Position numbers and translations under genes: made by a program
From: Vicugna vicugna
Taxonomy: Eukaryota
DNA: 64,000 bases
Assembly (NCBI GenBank): GCA_013265495.1
Contig: MU058636.1
Span: 1,984,001 to 2,048,000 of the forward strand
Reading direction: 5' to 3'
Notes under the pieces: generated by a model
The model's input: the letters and a program-made list of their open reading frames with translations, nothing else
Databases searched by the model: none
Told to the model about the DNA's origin: nothing
Part shown: positions 11,978 to 24,700 of the stretch, in pieces
Layout: each line of letters starts with the position of its first letter
Numbering within the stretch: the stretch's first letter is position 1

Positions 11978-14900
11978 GGAGATGGGAGACGAACAACTCA
12001 ATCAGTTTGGTATTTATAGAACACTGTACAATAAGAACTAAATACATATCCTTTTCAGGTGCACATAGAATACTGACCAAGACAAACTATTTCTGGGTCA
12101 TGGAATAAATCTCAGTAAGTTAAAAAAGTTCAAGTCATACAGATGTGTTCCTGACCACAGTAGAATTAAATTAGAAACCAATAACAGAATCTTGGTTTCT
12201 TGAAGAATCAAGTATTTGGAAACTGAAAAATGCACTTCTAAATATCACTCATGAATCAAAGAAGAATTAGAAAGGGAAATTTAAAAGTATTTTGAACTGA
12301 ATGAAAATGAAACAGGTCAATAGTTTTGCCACTAAAACAGTAATCAGAGGGGAAATTTATAGCACTAAATGCCTGTATTAGAAAAGGAGAAATTTTCCCA
12401 AATCAATGATTATCACTGAATATTAATCAGTACAAAATGAATGAAATATTAATAGAGGCAATGACATGGATGAATCTTGTTGCAAAGTGAATGAAGCTAG
12501 TAAAAAAATACCCCAGCACATACATATGTATGTAAGATTCATTTATATTAAATTCTGGGAAATCCAGACTAATCTGTAGTGATAGAAAGCTGATCATTGG
12601 TTTCCTGGAGTCCAAAGCAGGGGAGCAGAAAGGAACGGGAGGGAGGGATTTCATAAAACTTGGGGAAACTCTGGGGCATGATGGAGATAGTCATTTTTAT
12701 GATTTGGGTAGTGACCTCCTATTGTCCACCTATGTTAAGAGTTATCAGAGTTTACATTTAAGTATGTGCAGTTGTTAAATGGCAGTTACCGGAATAAAAC
12801 TGTTAAGAAAAATTTACCAGGTCATTCATGTTTCATTTGGAATAGAAAGATTACTGTTAGCACCTTATAAAGCTATTAGGAGGTAGAGCAAGTTAAGCTC
12901 ATTACAAGGAGATATACTTTGGAAAATATTTTATGTTTTTTTGAGTTTACTATGTACTTTTTAAAAGCCTGACCAATGTTCAGGGATACTAGTGACTTCT
13001 CAATCATTTGTCACATCACCTTAAGACAACTTTCTAGGTCTTACAGACCTTTTGGCATATTTTCAATGAAATATTGCATAATATTTTGTGTTCTGTTTTC
13101 ATTTAGTATAAACTTCTTCCTGTCATTCTATCTAATTAAAAAAAATAATGGCTGAAATTTTTATTTTCCTGCACTGTTTATTAAATTAGTCCCTTAATTA
13201 ATGGAATTGAATAATTTTATTGTGTTCTTAATAAGTACTCTTATTTGTAGTGGAGTCCAGCAGAGTATTAAATACTGAATTATACTTTAAAAGTAACAGT
13301 TTCCAGGGAATCATAGAAAAGTATAAAGTTGTTTTAATCCTGAGTTAGAAACCTCATCAGGAAATTATTTCATTTGTTAAAAAAAGCTTTATTGGTCATT
13401 TGTAAATAGGAAATACTCTCATTTTGTTTGGTTAGGATGTCTGAATTGAATAATTATTATTTCATTTAAAATATAATGACATTAATTAGACAACAGTACT
13501 TTTTAAGCAGAGGGTCGTAACTCCTGATTTAGTATATTTTTGTCCAGTGAGTAGGGACAGGGATCATATCCAAATGTTGGGGGATAATGTCAGTTTGGAG
13601 AACTCACAAAATAAAATGGACTTGGTTGTTTTGGACGTGAAAGTTGCAGTGTAGATTTAAGTGTATGAGAACCTAAAATCTATTTTTATTAATGAATTCT
13701 CACAAAGTAAATGTGTTGTTTGACTTAAATAAACATTGATTTTTTTCCAAATGTACATTTAAAGCTGTTTAATATATGAATGAAAATTAGAATTTAAAAT
13801 ATGAGTAGGAATTAGAATAGAAATTATGGATAGAAATATAATTATCTGTATATTAAAAAACCCATACATTTATAATTATAGGAATATAGCTAGAAAGTTA
13901 TGAAGGGATTATCTAAATCATAGGGCAGGAATAGTAAAACTTTGATTTTCTTTTTCACTATTTCTTTTCTCATTTATTCCATTCTCTGCGGTGGTGTTGA
14001 AGTTAGGCAAATTTATGTTACCCAAGTCCTTGAGTCTTTTTTCTAGAAATGACTTTCACCTCCTAAAGCCAAAAGAAATTGTTTATTTTCTAATGAACAG
14101 ATTTCATTTTCATCAACAATGTGATCCTGGTTTTGGTTGCCGGTTTTGCTTTATCTTTCAAAACAAGTAATACTCTTTTTAACATGTTAAAGGTGTGTGT
14201 CCATGCTATTTTATTACTTTATAAAACCCTTATTTTTATGTCTTAAATGAGTAATATTAAAGTGGTTTTAAGGATGCATTTTTATTATTTTAACTAATTT
14301 TACCATGAAAAATAATCTAATTATTATAATAATTTATTTCTTGAAGTGTTTCTTTAAGTTCTCTAATTGGGCTGGATGAATTTATACTATCTGTTAATAA
14401 TAGTAGCTCTACTCTTTTATTCTTGGATTTTGTTTTTCGTGTTGTACCTCCCATGTCTTTTTTCTACCGTTTAGATTCTTTTACCTTTTTTCTCATTTCA
14501 AACTCATCTGAAATTAACTCTCAAACCACCGATCTTAAATTAGGTGAAAAAGGATGGAAGAGTTTACTCCCTTAATTTTACTTCTTAATTAAAATTCACT
14601 GCTGTTAGGTTTTTTGCATCTATGGTTGTTGAGTCTCTGAAAGTTGCAGTTAGTGGTAAATTTTCATTTACATTACTTTTAATAACATAATAGATTTGGA
14701 GGACCTTTGTAATTTGTTATAATGACATTTTATATATGACTTGTTTGGGAAAGGCAGAATAGACTCTTCCCCCCTTTTTCTCCACTATAGGATCCTTTAA
14801 AAGTAGTCTTTCAAATTAATTTAAAATTGATTTAATTTAGAGAGACTCAGCTTTGAAATCAAGTCTGTTACTCACGGTAAATGTAGGGTATAAATGAACT

Positions 14901-16684
14901 GGAAACTGGATGTTACCTGCTCCTCAGGACTAGATATTCTTTCTTAATGTTGCTAAGTTTGCTGTGTTTTGGTAATCTTCTAGTCCTGAGGTCCCCACCT
15001 CTCCTAAGAGTTTTGAACCCTTTTACCAAGTTATCAGTCTGTTTGATTTTATCATTACTCTCGTCTTCTAAAACAGATTTGGCATTAACTGCTACATGCT
15101 GGTTAAGCTCTAAAGTGGTCCTGTTGGTAGCCATTTGTTCCTTTATAACGCAGGATTACTACTTCAATAAAATGTGGTGGTTTATTTTCTCCTTCAGAAA
15201 GTAAGGATTTGACCATAGTTTTAAAGGACATGACAGTATTTTTGAAAACTTTAGAATTTGGAAAGTTTTAAAATAGACACATAAATTGATAGAAGAAGAC
15301 TTTTTTTTCCTCTTCGGAAAATGTATTTTCGTTCACGCCTGATTCTTTTTTTTTTTTTCCCTTCAGAATTTCGTGTCTTAGATATGGTAGTAAAAGAGGT
15401 TCTCTGTATACCTAATATATTTTAATTCAGCCCAGATTTTAACATTTCTTCTCTATTTTGTCACTTTGTATTTAATTTTAGCTGGAATGTAACTAGTAAA
15501 ATACCATTGTTTTAGAGCTTAAAATTAGGTTAGCCTGTTGACTAGCTGTCTTCTAAATCTAGTATTTTGTTTTGGACTCTTAACTTGGCAGTTTAAAGTG
15601 TCGTTTATCAAAAAGGGAAGTTGTTCTTGGATTGTACCGTAATTAGTCCATCTTCTTATTTTCTGTCTTCTGTGGAAGTGTATTTTTACATTCCAATGAC
15701 CAGTTCTAAAATAATCTAGGTGGTTAAAATTTTTGCATCATGATTCAGTGTGTTTTAAACTTAGTTTATACGTACACATAAACTGTAGGCTGAAGTACGA
15801 ATATACTAAATTATCTCCTTGGTTGACCCTTTTGGAAGTTGAATTTAAATATCATTAATGTTGGATGGTCATTGAATTTTCATTATACTTAAGCATGTAG
15901 GTCACTGTTTCAAAAAAATATTTAGGATATTCATTTGTTCCACACAAACAAAATATAGGCCGTTTATGAATTTGAATTACAGTCTTACAGTGTGCTAGTC
16001 TTAAAGCCAAAAGTACTGTGCCACTTGACTAGATAAAATGTGACATTGTACAACTGGGAGGAAATTTTTTTCATGTAATCTCAGTAAAATATTTTTAATA
16101 TAACAGAAGTCACATGTGATACTTTGTATACATTGGGGCCTCTGTTGTGTTTTTCTTTTATCTTGATTCCTCCCACATGTTTACCTTGTTTTTAAGTGTT
16201 TTTCTCATCTTTACAGTTATTTAAATACATGGCACCGTATTATTGGGGAAAAGTCTTAAGAGCTTATAAAGAAGGAAGTGATTAATTTTGGAATAAAGGC
16301 AGTTTTGACCTTTATCCTGGTAGAAGTGGTTTAAGGATATTAAATTTGAAACTTGTTGCTCAGTTTTGAGGTAGTTTCAACCTCCCAGTTCTCTAAAATG
16401 TGTTAGGATAGTTTAGTAATGATATCTATTTAGCAATAAAGGCAAATTTTCATGTTCTGAAAATTCTGCAAATTAAATGATTAAAACACTCAAATTTGAT
16501 TTAAACATTTCCTTCAAGAAATTTAATTATACCACCTCAAAATATGGAAACCAAAAAACCCTGTAAATCCTTTCAATAAAATATTTTACTCAGTAAATAA
16601 AGCACTGTGGAATAATGCCTAGTAGATTCATTGTATTTTTTGGGCTTAAAGTATGTTAACTTACTATATTTGATTTTTAAATAG

Positions 16685-16832
16685 ACACCAAATCCTACTG
16701 CAAGCGAGTTTATTCCTAAAGGAGGATCAACCTCCAGGCTGAGTAACGTGTCCCAGTCAAATATGTCTGCCTTCTCTCAAGTGTTCTCTCACCCATCCCT
16801 GGGAAGTCCTGCTGCTGCTGGATTAGCACCAG
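16685..16832 (+). CDS. PAN3: PAN3 exon 6 (148 nt, phase 0-1), carries the PAM2 PABP-binding motif
   Basis: aaatag|ACA...CCA G|gtaagt; TPNPTASEFIPKGGSTSRLSNVSQSNMSAFSQVFSHPSLGSPAAAGLAP(G). NPxAxEFxP is the PAM2 signature. Absent from the supplied ORF track. Confidence 0.96.
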
Positions 16833-18039
16833 GTAAGTTGAGTAACTGTTTCCAGTGAGTTCCAGGTATCAGATCTCTAAGCACCATTTATTTGCCATTA
16901 GTTTATCAGAACTGAAATTGTATTTTTCAGCAGTTCACATTTGAACACGTTATGAGTGTTATATTGTAGGTCCTGGTACCATAGATCAAATGTGTAGTTG
17001 AAACTTTTAAAGCAAAATTTAAATATGAACAAAAATTAAATATAAAGATGTATAAAAGCACAAAAATAAAATTTAAAGGAGAAAATGGTTATTGAGAAAA
17101 AATCTACCTGGACTTTAATAGTTCCCTATTTTTGAAAGTTAATGATAATGCTATTTCACTCAAAAACTTTTGTAAAAGCATAAAAAATAGAATATTGATG
17201 TATACATATGCTTCAGGGTCCTCCTTTTGAAATAAATTTCTAAAAGATAATTTATATCATTCTAAATAAAAGTTTAGAACGTATTGCCTTCTGATGTTTG
17301 ATTGTAAATCTATAGTAGTAATTTTAAATTGGATAAAGTATTATAAACTATAGTAGCAAAGAAATGTAAAACATTAGGGGTCATTGAGGTAGGGAAAACA
17401 GTACTTCACAGTCACTTTCTTCCAAGTTTACCCCTAGTGGCAGAAGAATTTGAACAAATGCTCTTGAGGCATAGTTTATAGTGACCCTTTGGGAACCCTA
17501 TTGTCTTAGAAGGTCCTCTTAAAAATTTATGTGGATTCTGCATTCTGCTTTGTAACATAAACATTTATATAAAAATATGAAAATTTCTTAGGTAATTTTA
17601 ACATCACCCATTCCTACTGCTTTGTACCTTAATTAGAAAAGCAAGGTGTGCACAATTATATTGAATTCATAGTAAGTGCTGAGCGGGTTACCTTTGTAAA
17701 ATGGTTAAGCTGCCCACACAGATTATGTTTCTAGAACTTGTACTGGATACTCATTGCTTGGTCTTGAATGTTTCAAGAAACAGAAACAAGATGAAATATA
17801 TATACAGTAAAGCCAAAAGATCTATCTAGGTCAGCCTGGGACTATTACTGCCTCCCGGGCTTAGTCTAATCAGTCAGATAGGTCGTTGGTTTTGATATTG
17901 ATATTGAAGGACCTTTTGGGGAAGAAGAATGAGAGACAGTGATAATAGCTGTATAGAACAGAGCACCTGGTGTAGCTCTAAAGTGTCCAATGTTCTCAGA
18001 GGCTGAATAACTTTGTGTTGCCAAGGGTTTTATTAATGC

Positions 18040-18172
18040 TTCCTTTTCCCCGTCTCTCCCTCTCCCCACTTCTCCTTCCCCCTTCCCTTTCTTCTCCCAT
18101 CTCCCCCTCCCTTCCCTTGTCTCTCCCTCCCTTCCTCCCCACTCATCCCCCACTCATCCTTTTTTTTTTTCC
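18040..18172. repeat. C/T-rich low-complexity polypyrimidine tract
   Basis: About 130 nt almost entirely C/T, with many CCC runs, ending in a T run. Confidence 0.85.
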
Positions 18173-19696
18173 CAGTGAGCATTTGATCATTTTATTAACA
18201 AAATACAAGCAAGAATTACATCATTCTCTGATGAAACTTCCTCAGTAATTTTATACGGAGGGCCTTGAGATGTACCTGGCAATTCCCTCGCCCTTACTTG
18301 TCCCTTTACCTTTTCTTCTACGTTGGCTCTTTTCAGGTTCAGTTAAATTTGTAAACATTTTCCCTTCTTCCCTAGAGAGCAATGTCATAATTGAATGTCC
18401 CTGGTAGCCTTAAAGTTTTACTTGTAAGTAATATGCTACTATGATTTTTCTCCCTCTAAGGTGTGTTCACAGTGTTTACATGAGCATAAAATCTACATGT
18501 CAGCTATACATCTAAAGTTTCTTATTGGATGGTTCTGACTTCTGAGCAGTGTTTATAAAGCACCTACAGAAATGGTATCCACAGAAAACTTTGGCTTTCT
18601 TAATTACCAATTTATTTTAGCCTAACAACACATCTTCCCTTGTTTCATGAGAAAATATTTTGTTCATATCTTTGCACGGACTAGTTCAGGCTTGTCATTA
18701 AAAAGATAGGCTTTTTAAATATTGGGGGAGTTAAAAATGTCAAAGGGAATTTTAGATCTTGAAAACATCTAATTATAAAATCCATTAATGTTGTTGTATT
18801 TGTTTAAGCTTTTCAGTAGGAGTTAACTTGTATGTAGGTATTAGTCCCAATTCGGTTTCACAACCTAAATTTAGGATTAAATGCATTAATTTAAAAATTA
18901 GTTGAGAAACTATTTACTCTTCTGCTTAGCTCTAACATTAAAATGGTCATTCTACTTCCTATTAATAAAAATAATTACTGTCTGGAATAATTGAAAATAG
19001 GTCACTATATTATATTAAATGTATTCCTGAACTCTTTATACCAGTTATTTAAAAACTTCTTCATTCAAGTGACAATCAACTAAGCTAAAATATTTTAAAA
19101 AACACTGGAGTGATGAATGGTTTTGCATTTTTTATTTTCTCCTTTTAATGTCTTAACACTCTGGAGATGAACAAAGAAAAAAAAATTAGGTCTGCCTACT
19201 TTCAAAAAACCATTTTATTCCTTCAGTATCTTCCGTTACTTCTTACCCATAACTGTTATTTTTTTGAAGACTTAGGAAAGGTTCTTGGCATTTCCACTTA
19301 TTTAAGATTGTAGAATAAGGAAGGTCTTAGAAGTTTTACCTACCTCAGTGGTTGTTTAATTGATCTTTAGTGCTCCTTGTCTACTGAAGGTGTAAACTGG
19401 TAACTTTCTGTTGTAAAGTTTCATTTTCTCTTTTTTCCAATTTCTATTCCAGAAATTATTATCCTTGAAAATTTGTCACATTACTGTTTTCCTAAAAGAT
19501 ACAAGAACTTAAATATTTTGACACTTAAATGTGAACTATAGAACAATGTCATTTTCATTATATACAAAAAATACATATTTTAATATATTTTTCACCAAAA
19601 ATGTATGCTCAAAATATATCTTTTGAGCAAAGTTGAGTAGATATTAAGATTTTGAATTTCCTCAAATTGTAAGGAACAGAAGCAAATTTCCTCGAA

Positions 19697-20118
19697 TGCC
19701 TGGAACAGAGTAGATCCTGAGTGAAGCAAGTTCCTTGAAAACTCATTTTGATTACTTTAAAAACATGATTTATTTATTTTTTGTTTCATTTTATGTTTTC
19801 TTTTTTTCTTTTTCATTTTTCAGTTTTATTAGGTAGAATTGTTACAAATTGACTGCATATATGCAGTATATTGCGTGTAATTACATACCCGCAATATACT
19901 GTACATACTCTTTTTTAGTTTACATCTATGTACTGTTCATTGTTTCTAAGAATGTTTAGAGCTTTAGCTTTTTAAACTTACATAGTTATCAGAGGAATAA
20001 AGCCAACCACAAAATAAGAATTAATTCAGAAAGATACATACACCCCACTAGTGCCTGGAACAGAGTAGATCCTGAGGGAATCAAATTCATTTAAAACTTG
20101 TTCTGATTACTTTAAAAA
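19697..20118. repeat. 67-bp direct repeat (19697-19763, 20052-20118) flanking a ~290-bp L1-like insert
   Basis: Copies align ungapped with 8 mismatches (first 25 and last 15 nt identical). The insert opens with a T-rich tract and ends in the L1 ORF2-like aattcagaaagatacatacaccccacta. Confidence 0.85.
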
Positions 20119-20399
20119 GCACAGTTTATATTTTAAAAAAGTTTTAATGCAATAAGTAAAACTTTATACAAAAGTTATTTGAATTTAAATAGCTAATTAG
20201 GTTTAAAGGGATTTAAATGTGTTAAAATAAGCTGGACATGTCAAGTTTCCATTGAATTGTATATCCAGTCATTTTATTTTAATTTAAGAAATCAAAGATC
20301 TTTAGGTTTAGTTGTTTTGTGTACATTTAACCTGAGAACAATAGCTACATTTCTGAATATCTTTCATGAAGTTATTTGGGGTATGGCACTTAACTTGGG

Positions 20400-20529
20400 C
20401 TCCATTGTCTTTTAGAACCCCTACAATTATATACGTATTTTTTTTATTTGTAAATACGCATTTTTCTCTGGTCACAGCTTGTATTATTCTCTTGGAGGTT
20501 CACAGTCTTCCAAAAGTTAAGAAGCACTG
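20400..20529 (+). mobile_element. hAT-Charlie MER103-like fragment
   Basis: gaacccctacaattatat...gcatttttctctgg...aaagttaagaagcactg hAT-type terminus. Confidence 0.4.
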
Positions 20530-21683
20530 GTTTAACACACCCTTAGCAAAATTTATTTCCTGAGTATGATGTAGTAAGAATACTTTTAAAGTAATGTGTT
20601 AAAATACAGATTTCTAATAGCTCTGCTTTAGGCAAACATTTTTTGAATAGTCATTAGAAATAGTCACTAAGTATGTGAAAAGGCAGCTTATACTTCAGGT
20701 TTTTGTGCTATGAAAAATAATTTTATTATGAGAACTAAATGCTGAGTAGTTTTTTATCAGAATTTTTCCTAAGAGTATTTTGATTTGATAGTAGACTTAG
20801 TAAACTAAGTCTTGGTGTACTTTAATTACTTCAGTCTTGGCCACTATCTGTTTAAAAGTGATTTTAAGAGAGGTAGCAACAGGAGCGAACGTTTCTGGGT
20901 GGTGTTTTGATGAATCATCTGGTAGTTTAATGTACAGTTGTGACTCATGAATCTTGTTCTGCTTAATTGTTTGTGCACACTTGAGGGGGATAGTTCTTGA
21001 ATTTAAAAATGCCTTTATTGATTAATAAATGAGAAAGAGAGCTGTAAGTGACTTTTCAGTATTTTCAAATATCTCAGGTGAGATTTGGGGAGAAGCATTT
21101 AATTATTATACTAAACTTACCATTATTAAATATATTCACTTATTACAAATTTTATTATATTTTAGATAAATGTAAACTATATTTTTAGATCCAGTCTTTT
21201 GAAATACTTAGTCATTTCTTATATATTCCTGAGGGTACCAAAATGATAGATAGGTAAGATTGGCTAATATTCTTCATTTTTTTGGCTTGGGCAAGGTGTG
21301 GGGGAAAAGAAGGGGAAGAAAAAGGGGAAATTAATATTTATTCATCATTCTTTGTTAAAAATATTCAACTTTATATATGTATAATGTACTATTTAAAACT
21401 ATTATAATGTTAAAAGGAGATCTTTTTTTAGTTTTAAGGTTCTATGCTAAAAAATAAAGTTCTGTGATTCATTAGCTCTGTAGTATTTCAGACCATAATG
21501 AAGAAATGGAGGCTTACCTCATTTAAGTTGCATCGTAGTTGGCTTATGTGATAGTCTGATATTGGTCATTGATGTAGGTGGAAATTTTGGGATTTACGTA
21601 GTTTAGCCTTGTGGCAGTTTAGAGATGGCATTCCTGAGAGATTATCATATAGCTTCTGCTTTGTCACTTACAGTAAGAGGGAA

Positions 21684-21789
21684 TTTTTAAAATTTATTTG
21701 TTTATTTATTGGGGGGAGGTACTGGGGATTGAACCCTGGACATAGTACATGCTAAGCAGGCGCTCTACCACTGAGCTGTACCCTCCCCC
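21684..21789 (-). mobile_element. tRNA-derived SINE (vic-1-like, camelid)
   Basis: Reverse complement reads GGGGGAGGGTACAGCTCAGTGGTAGAGCGCCTGCTTAGCATG...GGGTTCAATCCCCAGTACCTCC followed by an AATAAA-rich tail. Confidence 0.85.
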
Positions 21790-24700
21790 TAGTATTAAGG
21801 AGTTACTTAGCTAACCAAGGCAGCCCAGTGAACATTTTAATATTTTGAATAAAAAAGAAAATATCTTTTGTTGAACTAAACTCTGTCGTGTCTTTTTTTA
21901 TCCACTAGTCCTAGTTCTTTCCCTTTGTATTGAATGGAATAAATTAAAATCTTTCCTACATTATAGCCCTTTCCCTTTTTTTTTTTAGACTAGTGGCGTG
22001 CATGTGTGTGTCCATACAACTGATGTTTGTGTGACTCATAAAGAGGACAAACTGGGAAAGTACTGGTAAAATTAACAAATTGTATAGGTCAAAAATCATG
22101 GACTCTTGTAGGTCATAATGTAACAGCTAATATGGGTAGTATTAAATCCACAAATATGTCTACCTAACTGTATGACTACTCGGATACCCAGCTAAGAGTG
22201 TATGTACCACTGGGAACATAGGCTGCTAACAGGTTGAAGCTATGGCTTTGCAGATGGTAAATATCTATGTTCCTATTTTAAATTTCACTGTGTATTTTAT
22301 GCTCTATATTAAAATCATTCAAGGCATAAAAACTATAAGCTATTATTTTAGATTATTTTGTATTTTACTAAGTAGTATAATTGCTGAAAATAAAAATTAT
22401 TTTTAAAATACTTATGTAATTCCAAAACATCACAATGTTTTATAGGATGTAACTTAGACTTTCCTTGTAATTATTTTTTATTAAATGGATTTTGTGGGAC
22501 AGTCAAGTAATTCTATAATGAGTTTATTTTGATATTTCAGTCTTAACTGATTTCGCTGAATTATTTTGACACTTAATAGCATTAGAGGTAATTTACTATT
22601 AAAATATTCTTCTAATTGTTTTAAATATCAATCTAGGTTTCCTAAGCACATGACAAATTCCTTAAGAAGAGGCTGTGTCATTTCTTACCTAGTGCAAATT
22701 TAGGCATAAAGATGGTGCCTAATAAACGCTCCTTTAATTAAGCTGCATTTTTATCTCAGAAAAAAAATTTAATTGGTAGGTATCTCTTAATTCAGTGAAT
22801 TTTAATAATTCCGTAAACATCTTTGAAGAACTCCTAAAAACTGCAAATGTTCAAGAGGATGTAGATAAATAGTCACATGAGGAACAGAAATATGCCTGTT
22901 GAAAGTTTAACTTCATCAAAACTAGAGTCAGTGTGTGTTTTGAGGTGCTAAAATATTCTTAAAACCAGTTAAATTTTTGTATTATTTTAAAATTATTTTT
23001 GTAACTACTTTGTTTTTCAGGTGTATTCAGCAGAATCACTCAGAGTTGTCCAGGTTTTCTAATTGGGGATTAAAAAAATAAAAGAAAACTTTATATTAAG
23101 ATCAGGGGTCCCTGAGGTTTTTGTGAAGCAGGTCTTTCCATTGCCCTGTAATGTGGAGCTCATCCTAGGTGGAGGCTGCCCTGTGCATGCATGTGTATGG
23201 ATGCAGATGGGGACGTCCCAGGGAAGAGTACTAACAGTACGACTAGAACCGTAACTGGGTTGGCTGTGCCTGCTGGCTCTATTTTCTTCCCAGTTGGGAA
23301 TTTCAGGAAACTGAGGCATGACGTTAATGGCGCAGAGGGGGATGTGGCTGCTGCAGCTGGCTTGGAGACCGGTCAGGTAAGGCTTAAAATAGCTACTGGT
23401 AGATCCTTTTCTGCTGGTTAGGGAATCCCTGGTTTATTGTGTCCCGTTAGGTTTGAGAGTTCCTATTGTGGACATCCTGTTTAAATCTCATGTATTGGCT
23501 AACTTGTCCCTTAACTAAGAGGTAGGGGCTGGATGGAAGAGGGTAGGGGTTCCCTTCGGCTGTAGGTTCAGTGATCTACAACTGCGGCAACATGTCCTGC
23601 TGCTTTGGGGCTGCTTTCATTGGATAATGACTTGGTGTCTTTAGAGCATGGTACCAGTTCTTCTACTAAAGCAGCTGTGTAGCTTTGAGCACATGTTTGA
23701 TCCTGGTGTTTTAGCATCTTCATTTCTGTAATTAAAAGATGATATTAGATAATTTAAAGTGCCTTCCAGATCTAAAATACTATCGTTTTGTGACACGTTG
23801 ACCAAAAGGGAATAGATAGATACACTAAAAGGAGACAGGAATGAAGACAGTGATGAGAGGTATCAGAAGGGAAAGAGGGGTTTGATTTTTGTCCTGGACT
23901 TAAAAAGGACTTTAAAGGCATATAGACTTCCTTGATAAAGGATGTGTAAGTGGAAGATCCTTTGTGTCACAGGTGGAGATGAAGTGAGTTTTGTTTTAGC
24001 AGTGTAAGGTTAGCGTCTAGGGCGAATCAGAGCACCGTAGTGCCTCTGAGTGAACTAAGAGGCAGAGAAAGCGTGTAGTAAATGCCCAAGAACACTCCTG
24101 GTTCTCAGCTGGATGTGGAGAGTCAGAAATTTTTTTTTTTTTAAATTTCCTTTGAGTCAAATAGGTTGAGAGCCCCAGGGATCATTTTTTCTTTAAACTT
24201 TGGGCTCAGTGGTACCTGGTACACTGTAGGTACTCAGTAGAGAGAGTTTGTGTGTACAAAATTACTATACTGTTTGTAACGTGCCAGTGAGGTCAGTCCT
24301 CTAATTCTGTAGGAAAGAACTGAATGGTGGCAGCCTCTTTTATTTCTTGAATTTTCCCTGATTCTTCTCAGCTTGGCTAGTCATATTCATATGTGAAAGT
24401 CATCTTTTCTTCTTACTCTTTTTGACTTTTGGGTGTGCAGTTACCCTAGAGTAGGGCATGTGGGAAGGATCTGAGTAAGAGGAAAGGCATCAGAGACGCA
24501 TCCCTTTAAAATCCCCCGTGCACACAGGCCTGTAAAACCTAGCCGTGCATACTGGCAGACAGTCAGGCATGGACTGCGTGTTTGTGGTATTCATGTTTGG
24601 TTCTGGAGTTTTCAGTCATGAATCTCATACACTGATATGTCTGAAATGAGATGGTTTGTGATTTCATAAACATCTTTTCCATATTTGAGATGTGGTCATC

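Larger units (their letters stand above)
8830..12812 (+). mobile_element. Decayed old LINE-1 (L1MC/MD-like) retaining 5' UTR, ORF1 and the ORF2 endonuclease region, joined to a 3' end; contains nested insertions
   Basis: 5' motif ggccaagatgg near 8838; ORF1-like gaaatgaaaaatacactgaatgggattaa near 9815; ORF2 start-like aatcacaataaatgtaagtagtct near 11457; ggaaatttatagcactaaatgcc near 12351; 3' UTR acatggatgaatctt...aataaaactgttaagaaaa. No intact ORF. Confidence 0.8.

Noticed and set aside
1..16684. Searched for the PAN3 long-isoform cassette exon and earlier exons
   Set aside because: Not found by reading; most likely upstream of the window, so absence here is not evidence of loss.
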